From: Camelus dromedarius
Taxonomy: Eukaryota
DNA: 64,000 nucleotides
Direction: 5' to 3'
NCBI RefSeq assembly: GCF_036321535.1
Contig: NC_087436.1
Location: 28,026,001-28,090,000 of the forward strand
The position numbers and the translations under genes were made by a program. Every line of letters begins with the position of its first letter. Position 1 is the stretch's first letter. Positions 25,889 through 39,310 of the stretch are shown piece after piece. Below the pieces are notes generated by a model. It saw nothing but the letters and a program-made list of their open reading frames with translations, was not told where the DNA came from and did not search any database.

Positions 25889-26838
25889 CTTCAATAAGTA
25901 GTCCTGGGAAAACAGGACAGCTACATGTAAAGAATGAAATTAGAACATGGTCCTGGGAAAACAGGACAGCTACATGTAAAGAATGAAATTAGAACAATCT
26001 CTAACACCGTATACAAAAAGTAAACTCGAAATGAATTAAAGGACTAAAGTAAGACCTGATACTATAAAACTCTGAAGAGGAAAACATATGCAGAATACTC
26101 TTTGACATAAATCAAAGCAATATTTTTTGGATCCCTCATCTAAAGCAAAGGAAATAAAAGCAAAAATAAGCAAATGGGACCTAATTAAATTTAAAAACTT
26201 TTGCACAGCAAAGGAAACCACTGACAAAACAAGACAACCTACTGAATTGGAGAAAATATTTGCAAATGATATCACCAATAAGGGATTAATATCCAAAATA
26301 TATAAATTGCTTATAAAACTCAACATCAAAACAAAAACAAAAACAAAAAAACTGATTAAAAAATTGGCAGAACTGACTAGACATTTTTCCAAAGAGGAAA
26401 TGCATATGGCCAACAGGTGCATGAAAAGATGCTCAACATCTCTAGTCATCAGGGAAATGCAAATCAAAAATACAATGAGATATCACCTCATACCTATCAG
26501 CATGGCTATCATCAAAAAGAACATAAATAACAAAAGTTAGTAAGGATGTGGAGAAAAGGGAACCCGTGTATACTGTTGGTGGGAATGTAAATTGGTGCAG
26601 CACTGTGTGAAACACTATGGGAGTTTCTCAAAAAAAAAAAAAAAAAAAAAGGAAAGAAAGAAAAAAACAGAGCTACCATATGACCCAGCAATTCTACTCC
26701 TGGGTACATATCCAAAGAAACCCAAAAAGACTAATTCAAAAAGATGTATACAGACCAATGTCCATAGCAGCATTATTTACAAATGACAAGTAGCATTATT
26801 TACAATTGTTAAGTATTCATTAACCCATGAATGGATAA

Positions 26839-26889
<51 letters not shown>

Positions 26890-27285
26890 GGAACACCACT
26901 TGGCCATAAAAAAGAACAAAAATTTGCCATTTGCAGCAACATTGATGGACTTGGAACACATTGTGCTAAGTGAAATAAGTCAGAGAAAGACAAATACTGT
27001 ATGGTATCACTTATATGTGGAATCTAAAATATACAACAAACTAGTGAATATAACAACAACAAAAAAGCAGACTCACAGATAAAGAGAACAAACTACTGAT
27101 TACCAGTAGGGAGGGAGATAATGAGCATTTAGGGGTAGCAGGAGTGGGAGGTACAAACTGCTGGGTATAAGATCAGCTCAAGGATCAACACAGGGAGTAT
27201 AGCCAATATTCTATAATAACTGTAAATGAAAAGTAGCCTTTAAAATTGTATAAAATGTAAGTAAATAAATAAACAAACATGTTTA
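25889..27285 (+). mobile_element. L1 3' ORF2 and 3' UTR
   Basis: ORFs 26127-26540 ([21 protein letters not shown]...[13 protein letters not shown]), 26592-26786 (ELPYDPAILLLG) and 26831-27082 (LPFAATLMDLEHIVLSEISQ) are L1 ORF2 C-terminal fragments. An A-rich tail follows. Confidence 0.95.
26844..26887. repeat. (CA)n microsatellite inside L1
   Basis: Direct reading. Confidence 0.95.
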
Positions 27286-30200
27286 AGTAATAATAAAATG
27301 ACAACAGAGATGCTGTTCAACTGGGCAAATTAACATGTACATAAAAACACCTGGGAATGAATTTTTCATAACAGTTTTTTGATGACAATTATTTGAAATT
27401 TATGATTCAAAACCAATGCAGATTAATCTTTTGTCTTATAAAATTTTAATAAGCAATACTTTTGTTGGTAATTAAATAAAATTTCCACCAAAGGTAAAAA
27501 TATTCCCCTGAAAACAATTCAGTTATTTTACACAAAGTTACAATTAATCCACAGAATTGAGGACATAAATGCTGCTTGTCATATTTTTTGAATATTACAA
27601 CTTTATTGGTATAAGCGCATGAAAGAATTCACTGGACTATGTTAAAACTTTGTTAAATCAGTGTCAGTTTTTTACACTTCTAAAACATAAAATGATATAT
27701 ATAGTGATAATATAGAGTGCCAACAAGCAAAGGAAACGTAGATGCTTACTTATTAATTTCATATTTTTGTATTATGTTCCCAAATTGTTAATTAGGGTGT
27801 AATCAGGGTATATGTATGTTTTGAAATAGCCCAAGATGAGATGAACAAATCTCTAAAAGGAATTATAAACACTAAGGCAGTATTTACATATGGGTCTTGG
27901 CATGATGATTGTGAGCAGAAATTTGTTAAGTAAAAGAAAAAGTTTAATTTACATACTCAATCATTATGATAGCTATGATAATCTAATGATAGATTTATTA
28001 AAACATTCAAACTAATTGTAATTTAAGAATTAGTCCAACTTAAGACAGCTTTTAGTAGTTAGAAACGTATAAACTTCTATTTATTTATTCTTATTGTGGA
28101 ATATTTTAAAATATTCATTTTAAAGTTATTCAAATATGAATATAAGATTATTGCATGATTTTGAACTATAAATGATCTTTGTTTAATCTCACTTAGAAAA
28201 CCCATGTAAATCAGATTTTTAGCATCCCCCCTGAATTTACATGTTTAAAAAATAAAAAATAAAATATTCTCAACATATTAAATAATCTAGAGATTAAGAA
28301 CAAGCAAACATTTTCTACATGTAAAAGAAATGATCACAGTATTGCCAACATTTTCATAAATCTATGTGTTCAACAGATTGTAAGAATCTAATATATAGTC
28401 TATTATGAAATTGGGGTTATAAAATAAAATACTGAAATATTTTCCTTAAAAATTAATAAATTTTGCTGGTTTTATTCTGACCAATATTACAGAATATCTT
28501 TTCTAATCAACAATCAGATATATTGTAAATATTACAGCTATTGATGTTAAAATAACAATACTGATAATAACAATAATGCCTGCCTATTGTTAGAGTCTTA
28601 CACCATAATATACTTAGAATGATTAAGTACATGGATCCAGGTAGAGCAAGATAGTTTTGTTTCCTCTATCTACTTATTATTTTAGAATGAATAGTTTATA
28701 TATCCAAGTAAATTATTCTTACTATTCATCTTTGTCACTTTCTCTTTTTCTTTCTGTCAATCTTTATCTATTTCTATCACTCTCTATGCAAAGTAAGTCT
28801 CAGATTGGTTATTCACTACAACTGTTGATAACCAGTGCCTGATCTGAAAATCAAATACAAGGGAGAGAACTGAAGGGGAGAGAGGTTCTAAATATCCACC
28901 CAGAGAATTACTCCTATGCTTAATATTTTACTCTTAGTGGTGTTAACATTTCAGTATAAAATCAACCTCAGGACTATACATTTAGCATGGCATGTAACCG
29001 ACAGCTGTGATATAACCTTTCTCAACATCTCAATAGGAAATACATGATTCAAAGAAAAATATAAAATTTCTATAAGGTGTCTTTGAAAAGAACTAGTAAA
29101 CAATCAATTCCCAAGATCTGGGAGATGGTTTCACTAACTGTAATATTTAAAAGAATTAGACTGAAAAATAAGCAATAGAAAATTTCTATGCTATGCCAAT
29201 GAAAACTAAAAAAAAGTTACCCAACAAGAATTGGTGAAATCATCATCTCTTTCTCTTTATTACCTCAACCTCCACCATTGGACTCCACCCATTAGTTTAA
29301 TCAGAAAGATTAGGAACTCTAGACTACAAACTCTGAAAACTATTTGTTCCCAGGACTTTAAATATATAATAATTAAATTCCTAGGATAAACCAACTAGAT
29401 CCAATAAGGAGTCATGAAGGTTATTACAAAGTGAGATATACTGTGATTTTCAAAAACTGGAAGTGTTTAAGCAAGCTGGATGACATAAAGCAGACACACT
29501 TTCTATGTTTTTCTATTTGTTTATATGTGATGTGCTTTTTAATAAGACAGGCAGTGGAGCTAAGATTAAATTCTGTCTCACATTGGCAGATCAACATAAA
29601 CTATATACTTGCCAGATGTTGGGAAAGAAATGAACCTATCAGACTGCTTTTATGTGAACATCTGAAAGATTACTGCACCAGCACAAATGTGGGTAACAAA
29701 CGGGCCCATGGCAACAAGAGACATCCTGGATGAGGACAGACAATCTCTCAAGGTTGAAAGCTCCTTGTTCTGTGATAAGTAAAGGAGAAAACAAACCACT
29801 CACACATAAATAGTATTGTGAAAGCAAAGATATAAGAGACTGAAAAGATTTCCCTGAAGAATGAGAAGAGAACTAGGCCTATGAAATAGGTTTACATATT
29901 ATGTAAACCTTTTTATGTAGGAAATTGAATATGATTTATAATTGTGTGGCATTATTCTGTGGAATAAAAGAATACGAGAAGATACGAATAGAAAAACTGA
30001 GATTAAAGGTACAAATCAAAAACCCAACAAGAGAATGATATTTAAGGGAATTAGTTCTAATATGCTACTTGACTCATTCAAAATGACCAATGGTATTTAC
30101 GTAATGGAACAAGGTGTGGGTTAAAATGATTGCAAAGAACTTTCCTCCCCCCAAAAGTAATACCAAAATTAAAAGCTACACTGGGGGGTAACCAGAAGAG

Positions 30201-30289
30201 AATTTTAACAATAGGAAGTGGAATTAATATAATGATGGAAAATTGAAAACGACCTGAATTTTGTTTTCATAAAATAACAGCAACATAAA

Positions 30290-31530
30290 ATAATGAGAGA
30301 ATAAGCATAAGAAAAGGAGTTAGTGACAACATAAAAAAGGAGATTCTAAGTAAAAACACAGAATATTAAAAAGAGATAGGTATCAGATATTTCCAGAGCT
30401 TAAGAAATAACTGAGTATGCAAAAAGAAAAATCTTTAACACAGGAGAAAATGAATAAAGTTACATGCACACTTAAATGTACTATATCACACTCTAGTATA
30501 GAAAACAAAGAGAATAGTGTATATGGTTTCTTATACCTTATTTTTTTTATACTTGGTTATCACTGGTGTATAGGGGCACCATTAATATTGTGCTATATAT
30601 TTTTATTCAGTAATCTTATTAATTTTTATCCTATTTCTGGTGGTTCATAGATTATGTTGAAGTTTCTATATAAATAACTACATTACCTAGAAGCAACCAC
30701 AAATTTTGAATGTCTTTTCAAATTCATATGGAATTTAGTATCTGGCTTCTACCATATTTCGGTGACTAGGACATCCAGTAAGAATAACAATGCACATTTC
30801 TGTCCTGTTCCTGATGTTATGTGGGATGCTTGTGAATTGCAATGTTAAATATTGAAAAAGATTTTATAGGTATGAAAGAGTAAATACAACCCAAGTTGTG
30901 CAAGACCTTAATATAGAAAATTGCAGAGCATTATTAAAGAACAAAAAGAATGTCTATAACTAGTATGAAAATTTTAAGAACATACTTTCTCTTGCAGTCA
31001 ACCTATAAAACCAGTGCCAATCTCATCAATGTATCAGTGAGATATAATTACAGAATTTGAAAAGGTGATCCCAAAATTCATATGGAAGACCAAGGCAATT
31101 GTAAGAAGATAGGAATAGAACATATCTATTGAAGGATAGAAAATTATTATAAAACTAAGAATATAATTTTTGACAGAGGTATAAATTACAAATTATAAAC
31201 CAATGAGACAGAGAATAGGTCAGATATAGACACATAAGTACACTTAGTTATTTGCCATATGCCGTATATGATATTTGTGGTGTAAAAGACATTATACATC
31301 AGTAAATTGTGCATGGATATTGAATATCACATATGAACATATATATACATATATATAAGCATACACATATATCACATACATATAAACAGAATTGGATCTT
31401 TACCTCATATGTACAGTAAAAGAATTGAAGTGGATTAACATACAAATAAGAAAAATAAAATTTTTAATTACTAGATAAAAATATAGAAGAATATCTCAGT
31501 GATCTCACCATAGGGAAAGGTTAAGGAAAT
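30290..31530. mobile_element. Old L1 fragments, mostly plus strand, with an antisense piece near 30640-30860
   Basis: GATCCCAAAATTCATATGGAAG and TTGGATCTTTACCTCATATGTACAG are degenerate ORF2-like segments. Confidence 0.6.
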
Positions 31531-31554
31531 AATAAAATTTGAAGTAAAATATTC

Positions 31555-31670
31555 ACTTATTTAATCATTCAACAAATATTAAGCAACTGCCATGTTCCAG
31601 AAATTCTTCTAATGCTAAGAATGTAGCAGTTAATGCAAAATTTCCTGTATCATAAAACTTACATTTTTGG
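31555..31670 (-). mobile_element. L2 3' end fragment
   Basis: CATTCAACAAATATTAAGCAACTGCCATGTTCCAG...GTAGCAGTTAATGCAAAA is the antisense L2 3' motif. Confidence 0.6.
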
Positions 31671-31807
31671 AGTTACTAGTTTTTAACAGCATCCAAAAGA
31701 ACATATAAATGCAGAATAAGAGAAGACATATCACACAAAGAATTACTATGCTCAATTTACTTTTTAAAATTAAAAAATATAAAGACAAAAACAAACAAAT
31801 ACAAGAG

Positions 31808-32306
31808 ATTGCAGGATATTCATCATTGCTTCATTCATCCATTTTTTTTAATCTTTCTCTATCATTTTCCATATCCCAGGACAAAGAATTTTGTAGACTG
31901 CATCAGGGTGTTCCTCTGCTCTCTAACTCCACATTTGGGTTTGGCCAGTGGGATCCATCAGCAAGAGACTGGAAGGCAATGAGGAGAGGAGGGCAAAATA
32001 TTTATTTTCCTGTCTACACTGCCTGCTTGGACACCTTCTGTTAACTACGTTCCTCTGTAAAAGGCACATCATCTGTAAGGCAGACATCTCCTACTACAAC
32101 TCTTTCCATGTTCTAGAAATCATTTACTACATCAGATCAGCCAGTATTAACAGCTCCTTGATGTTGTTAGCCCAAGGGTTCTTCAACACTTTATGTTGAT
32201 TTGCCGCAACACTACCCTCATCTTTATAAAATGCTTCTTTCTTAAACTCCTCAGTTATCTCATTTAAGTATACCATCCATTTTCTGTTAGAACCCTAACT
32301 GATATA
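31808..32306 (+). mobile_element. LTR33-like (ERVL) solo LTR
   Basis: GGGTTTGGCCAGTGGGATCCATCAGCAAGAGACTGGAAGG and the end CCATTTTCTGTTAGAACCCTAACTGATATA match LTR33. Confidence 0.75.
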
Positions 32307-33189
32307 ATTGACAGTAAAAATGAACAGGAAACTCACAGAAAAGTAAATCTGAAACAGCATTATGCTTCTATAAAGTCAAATTAAACTCAGTAGGAATCAG
32401 AGAAATGTAACACAAAACAACCAATATTTGGCATTCCCAACCTACTAGACAGGCAACAATTTAAAAAGCCTAATAATATCAGACGCTGTGCTGGCAAAGA
32501 TATGTGAATGTTTGCTGGAAAGGGTATAAACTATATATTCACTTTCAGAGAGCAATTTGGACGTATATAGCAAATATATATATAAACACACTCTATATGT
32601 AAACATATATATATACACACACATTTTATATATATGAACATGTGTGTATACACAATTAGATATATTTCCTAGAGAAATAATTATTTATGTACTGAATATC
32701 CATTTCAACTTTGTTACAGAAAATTAGTTAAAAAAACTAATTGTTCATCATTTAGGAAATGGAAATATATTTTGTAATATTTAAAAAAAGGGAATACTTT
32801 AAGCAGTCTAAGAAAAAAAAAACCTCCCCATTAGGAAAAAACAAATAATATAACTTGGAAAATTTTAAAAGATCATAACTGATAGCTGTAATAAAGTCAA
32901 CACTACTGATGACAAAACTCAGAGATGGAAAGAACCTATGTCTTTGATTACATGGTTCAACCATGGGTCTGGAAGCCTGTTGTACCTCTGAACTTCAGAG
33001 TTGTATGATCAAAATAACATCTTTACTGATTATATTAATTTGATTTAAATGCTCAATAAGCTTTCATCCAAGAAAAAAATCCATCATACAAATGAAAATA
33101 AGTCCAATATTTATAGTAATAAAATAAACTAAAAAAATAAAATGACATTATTCACAATTTCAAATAAAAATTTTAAAACATTAATTTTT

Positions 33190-36100
33190 GAAGCCAGTTG
33201 TTGGCTTGGAAAACTTTGTATGTTAGGGTCATACCGCCTGTTCGACTCCTTCAGTATTATCTTGAGTAGTTTTAACTAGTCTTGGTCCTTTGTTTTCCTT
33301 GCAAATATGAAATTAATTTGCCAGTCTTCAGAAAATCCCTGTAAGAATGTCTAATAGGACTGCATTGCATTTACACATATGTAGTATTGGAAGAATTGGC
33401 ATTCTTTATGGTAGTGAGTCTTCTAATGTAATGACTTGATTGATTCATCATTTATTTAGATTTTCTATAATTTTCCTCAAAACTTCTTCGTATTTTTCTC
33501 TAACATGTCTTTCATACATCTTTTGTTAAATGCATTCTTGTGTTCTTAATGTCTTGATGCTTTTTATACTGAATCATTGAAAAATATATTTTCTACTTTT
33601 GCTTCTTATGTATGAAAATGCACTTCACTTTACATACTGACCTTGTATCTTACAACCTTCAAAAACTCACTTAATTTTAACATTTAATCTGTAAGTAAAA
33701 TATTCTATATACATAACCTCATTTGTAAATAATGAGATTATTCATCCTTTGCAACATATACAAATATATTTTCTTGCCTTATTTCATTGCTTAAGATCTC
33801 CAGAATATTAAGCAGAAGTGTAATAGTAGGCTTTCAACACTTACTCATTTAATGTGATGTTGGCTGAGGTTAATTGGAGATACACTTAATTAAAGAGTCA
33901 ACTTTTTCTTGCAGTGCTTTTTTTTTTTAACTCATGAATACATATAGAATTTCATTACATTATTTTTCTGCATCAATTGAAAGAATGATGATTTTTCTCA
34001 TTTGTTAGTCATATTGATTTTAATATTGCTTATTATTTTTATTTATGTATTTTTTTTTTATTTCTCTCATTTTTTTTCTTTTACTTGTTTTGGGCTTCTA
34101 TGTGTTTCTTTTCCTAAACTTTTGGGACAGATACTTACATGACAGATTTTCAGCTTTTCTCTAATGTGTGTAATTAAGACTGTAAATTCCTTCTACGCAG
34201 AGTACTGGCCTAATTTAAAATTTTTAATCTGTGGCTTTGTATTATCATTCAGTTAAAATATTTTGTTATTAATTTTATTATTCTCTTTTGATTCACAGGT
34301 TAGTTAGAAATGCTTATATAATTCAAAATAAGATGAATTTTTCTAGCTTTCTTTGTTTTTGCATTCTATACCCCAAAATATACAATAAGTAATTTAAATA
34401 GGTTGAAACATTTGAGAATGGGTTTATGGCCCAACAATTGATTAATTATGGAAAACACTATCTGTGATTTAAAAATAAGAAGCAAAAAATTCAGTTCTTT
34501 TTTATTTGTGCTTGTCATAAATTCCATATTATTACTAAATTTTATTGTGTGCTTTTTTATCATTTACTGAAAGATGTTAACATTTCACAATCTTTGACTT
34601 TTTTACATTTAAATTTGTTAGATTTTACTTTTCATAGTTTGAACCTATATTATTAAATGCAGACAAATTTGGAATTACTTATTTGCTTCATTCATAATTT
34701 CTATCATTATGCTATAACAATGTATTTCCATTAGAGCTTAATTAATATATTAACAATACAGAATTCAAATTTTCTTTTCATTAGTGTTTTTATTCCATTT
34801 TTTTCACTTCAAAATTTCTGTATCCACATAATTGTTTCTTGAAATCAGTAGAGTTGTTTTTATCCAATCTCTTATTGTTATCTTTCAATCGAATTATTTA
34901 TTCTATATAGTTGTATTCTGTATCTATGCCTTTATCTACATATACTTCATGAATATGTACACATAATGTATTTAATGCATAATAATAAACTAGATAGGTG
35001 ACTTTTTCAATCTTTTATTTAGACTCATTTTTAAATTATTTTACATTCCTATTAACTTATTAATTATACATTATTGTACTACTATAGAAATGTTTACCCT
35101 AGAAATTTCAACAGGCTTCCTTCATTTGTTACATTATGTAAAAATTTACTTCTCTACTTTCTAGACAATGCATGAGTCAATTAGAACACTTAATATTTAT
35201 TTATTCCTTCTCAATATATGTTGCCATTTTATGTCTTCATTTCATATATAATTTAGCCTTTCCATATATATGTTTTTGTGTACAGTCATAATCAATTAAA
35301 TATGCCATCATAGTTATCATTTACATAATTTTACCTTTCCTAGTTGAAATTTTCTGCATCATAAACATAAAGGGAATAATTTCTTTTGTCTGAAGAAGAG
35401 TTTTAACTATTGTTGAATAAATTCTCATTGTTTTACTATGTCTGGAAACATCCTCATTTTTGAATTACATTTGACTCAATGTCAATTCTTGTTTAGCAAT
35501 AATTTCCTTAAAGCACATTCATTATATCCCATTTTATGCCAGCCTCCATTTTTCCTTTGAGAAATTAGCTACTATTCTTATTTTTACTCCTTTGAATATA
35601 AAGTCTTTGTTCCCCCCTCTGGTTGCTTTTAAGATTTTCAATTTCTTGGGTTTTAAAGTTTGCTATGATGTGACTTAGTGTCATTATACTTGTTTGTGTT
35701 CACGTGTGTGCAGAGTGGTGGGGGGTGATTTCATACTGCTAACTTTTATAGTGAGTCTTGAAATAATGACTTAAAACCTTTCATCAGTTATAAAAATTTC
35801 TTATTCTTTTCAAATTTACTTCTGCCTACATGCTCCCTCTCTTTTTCTTTGGGGGATCCAATTGTATGAATATTAGAATTTATAAATCTAAATATAATCT
35901 GCTCTTAAGTCCATCAAATATGCTATTAATTTCAGGTTTTCTTTTCAATTTTGTAATTTATGTTGGATTCATTTTAACAGTTTCTGTTATTTACCCCCAA
36001 TTTCCATCTGGTAACTTCATTACTGAAATATTTAACTGCATTTATTTAGAAGTCATAATCTGATAATTCTACTAACTTTATCTCTGTACCTTTGTACTTT

Positions 36101-36200
36101 CTATTTTGCCTATTGATTTTTGGTAATATATTGTCCTCCCTTATGCCTTGTTATTTTGTTTATTGTATTCCAGATATTTTGTCCTCTATGCCACAGTGGT
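33190..36200 (-). mobile_element. Old degenerate L1 (L1ME-like), antisense
   Basis: Long T-rich plus strand with antisense ORF2-like motifs (GGACTGCATTGCATTTACAC, TTTTTCTGCATCAATTGAAAGAATG, TCTGGTTGCTTTTAAGATTTT). Confidence 0.65.
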
Positions 36201-36699
36201 TTTCTGAAGATGTGAAACATTATTTTTACATATTTGTTGAATGTTTCTGGTTATTCTTAAGATTATTATTCTACAGATATATCTATAAAGCAGTGTATTT
36301 CCCAAATATATATAAATTTTACATTTAAAGAGCTATGTAATTGTTACTGCTTTGAGATACTTTAGTTTTCTTAATCTTTAAAGAAATGTGACAAAAATTA
36401 GAATGTCATATGTATAGTGCTCTGTATTAGTGAATATTAATTAGTGAGTCACAGTAAAAGGGAGAGTAGTAAAAGAGGACATTTGAAAATATCTGGATAA
36501 GCAAATTTAAATAGACTTCTTTCATCATTGAATTACTCTAAGATATTAATATGGGAATAAATAATCCTAAGTATCAAAAACGCATTAGTTACAAATATTA
36601 ACATATTTGCTGACATAAACATTTATATTAATTGAACGTCACACGGGATACATTTCCAAGCCTTAAACTGTTAGGTACTAGACTAGACGAACTTGAGAT

Positions 36700-37075
36700 A
36701 ACATCCATCTTTTCCATTATGTGAATTGGGATGATTAAATTTAAGATCAAATAAGGGGTCTTGTTAGCAACTGTCTTCAAATGTATGAATACTATTTCAA
36801 AGGAAGATACTGGCCACCTGTTCTCTTGCTTTACTGAGAATAAAACAAAAGCATTTGAAACTTATGTTTGAGAAAGGGAGTTTCAGGTTAGTTGTAAGAA
36901 ACAGCTTATTAACATTAAGAGTTGTTTAAACAGAAAAGTGTACTACCAAGGGAATTTATATAATGTGTTTCTCTGAATATCAGTAAGAATAAGACAGACA
37001 ACCATCTGTTTCAGTGGTTCAGTTTGTAGCCCTGCCTGAAATCACAGTGCTCAATTATAAAGCCTCTGGTAACAA
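36700..37075 (+). mobile_element. CR1/L3 LINE 3' fragment
   Basis: TTCAGGTTAGTTGTAAGAAACAGCTTATTAACATTAAGAGTTGTTTAAAC...TACCAAGGGAA...TAAGAATAAGACAGACAACCATCTGT resembles the end of CR1/L3 ORF2. Confidence 0.65.
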
Positions 37076-37379
37076 CTTCCATTTTATAAAGATGTATACA
37101 ATAACATCCATTTTATAGAGATGTATACAATATGGAAATGGCAGAGAGAAAAAATATGAAGGGAGTTTTCTGGAAAAAGGATGTACTCTAAGAGGAAACC
37201 TCACATAAACAAAACAGAAATAAGAGGTCATTTTAATAAACTTAATAATTTTTATGTTAGTAGATTTAATAATAAAATATTAAATTTTTATTTTATACTC
37301 TTAGACTTTCTGCATTTTAATCTATTTTATTTATACTATTTTGTTTTACTTTAGCCTGTTGATATTCAATCTCCTGGGT

Positions 37380-39010
37380 TTACAGTTTTGTTTTATTCTA
37401 AATAAATTTTAATTATAATTGACATGCAATAAAATGCCTATACTTTAAGTCTACCATTTAATTTTCAACAAACATACACTGAGTTAACTACCACCTAAAA
37501 CAAAATAGAGAACACTTTTATCGTCTCAGAAAGTTCTTCTCATGCAGCACTGATTCATCACTAACTCCAGACAACCACCAATCTGAATTAAATCACTGTA
37601 TCTTCACCTTGCTTGTTCTAAAAACTTCATGTGTATTATATATTAATGTATATTCATACATTATTAATATTCTGAATATTATGCATTCATATATATATAA
37701 TTTTGTCATTTCATTTGCTCAACAAAATTGTCAGAAATTTATTCATTTCTTTGTATTGATAGGTTGTTCCTTCTTACGGCTGAGCACCATTGATTATTCA
37801 TAAACCTGTTGATAGGCATTTGGATTGTTTCTGGTCTTTATCTATTATGAGAAAATCACTCTAAATATTACTACTGGACAAAATGTTTAAGGGGGATACA
37901 TATGTTTTTACTTAATAGATATCTAGATGTGGAATTGCTGGGTTATATACAGTAGGTAACTTTACAGGTAAATGCTACACATACATACCAAAATAGTTTT
38001 CCACCTTACACTTTCACCTACACTACAGAAGAGCTTCAGTTGTTCTGCATCCTTGTTGATATTTCTATTTTCAGTCTCTTTGATTTTAGCTGTTTTAGAA
38101 ATGACTGGCATTTCCTCATTAACTACTAATTTTGAACACATTTATGTCTTTATTGGGCATTTCTATGCTTTTCTGAAGTGGCTACTTTTTTTTTGCATAT
38201 TATTTGTATTTGTATTAGTCATTTGTAGGAGTTTTATATATATTGGTGCTGAAGTCTTGCCAGACATAACAACACGGGTACTTTTTCCCACCCTGAGTCT
38301 TGTGTTTTTATTTTCTTAACAGTGTCGTCTGTTGAGGAGCTCTAAATTTTTTTTTAAGTCTAATTCATCATTTTTTATTTTATTAATAATGATTCTTATA
38401 TCCTAAGATCATTATTAGCTACACAAAACAACATGGATGGCTATTAAAAAACTATAATAAAGTCCCTAGCTATAATTTTGGATTGGTCTAATTTGCTCTT
38501 TAGTTCTGTTCCCTGATTGCTTTCTATATTTTGAAGGTCTGTTTTTAAGTACATATGTAGTTCTGATTGTCATGTCTTCCTGAAAAGTCTACACTTTCTC
38601 ATTATGAAATGTTCTTCTATGTTTCTGTGATGCTCTTTGCATTGAGATCCAATTTTTAATATTAATAAAACCTCACCAGCTTTCTTGTGCTTACTAGTTA
38701 CAGAATATTTTTATTTTCCTTCACTTTCAAGTGTGAATCTTGTACCCAGCATATAGCTGGACATTGCATTTGTATCCAGGCTGACCACTTCTGCCTTTTA
38801 ATTATGTGCTTTTTAATAGACTTTTACCATTTATTTAATCAACTGTATTGAGTATAACTTTCTTTAATATAATTATTGAAAAAATTATATTTATGTCCAC
38901 CATATTGATATTTGTTTTCTTTCTACTATGCATTTTTGTTCCTCTGTCCTTTCTTTATTCAAGTTAACTAAGTACTACCCCTTAAATTTTCTGTTATTTT
39001 AAAAATATAT
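37380..39010 (-). mobile_element. Old L1 (L1MB/ME) 3' end and ORF2 fragments, antisense
   Basis: CCTGTTGATAGGCATTTGGATTGTTTCTGG and TAGATGTGGAATTGCTGGGTTATAT are typical antisense L1M 3' motifs. Confidence 0.7.
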
Positions 39011-39023
39011 TTTATGTTATATA

Positions 39024-39310
39024 TTGTTGGGCAGGATTTTTTTTCCTTCTATTTTTCTAGATTCTCTGGCTAGTTTAATAATTAAGTTGACATGAGACAG
39101 ATGAACAGGAGAAAATCAAAGTTTAATAACATGTATACATGGGAGAGACCCAGGAGGACTGAGCAACTCACCAAAATGGAGAAGCCCCCACCTTAAATAT
39201 TACCTTTTTTTAAAAAATACTACTTAAAGATAAAAGAGAATGTTGGTTGTATTGGTTTAGGACCTCAGAGAGGAGGAAGGCAATTCATACAGAGGTAGAA
39301 ATGTTTGGTT
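39024..39310 (-). mobile_element. ERV1-type LTR fragment
   Basis: Begins TGTTGGGCAGG (LTR CA end on the minus strand). AATTAAGTTGACATGAGACAGATGAACAGGAGAAAATCAAAGTTTAATAACATGTATACATGGGAGAGACCCAGG resembles laurasiatherian ERV1 LTRs. Confidence 0.6.
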
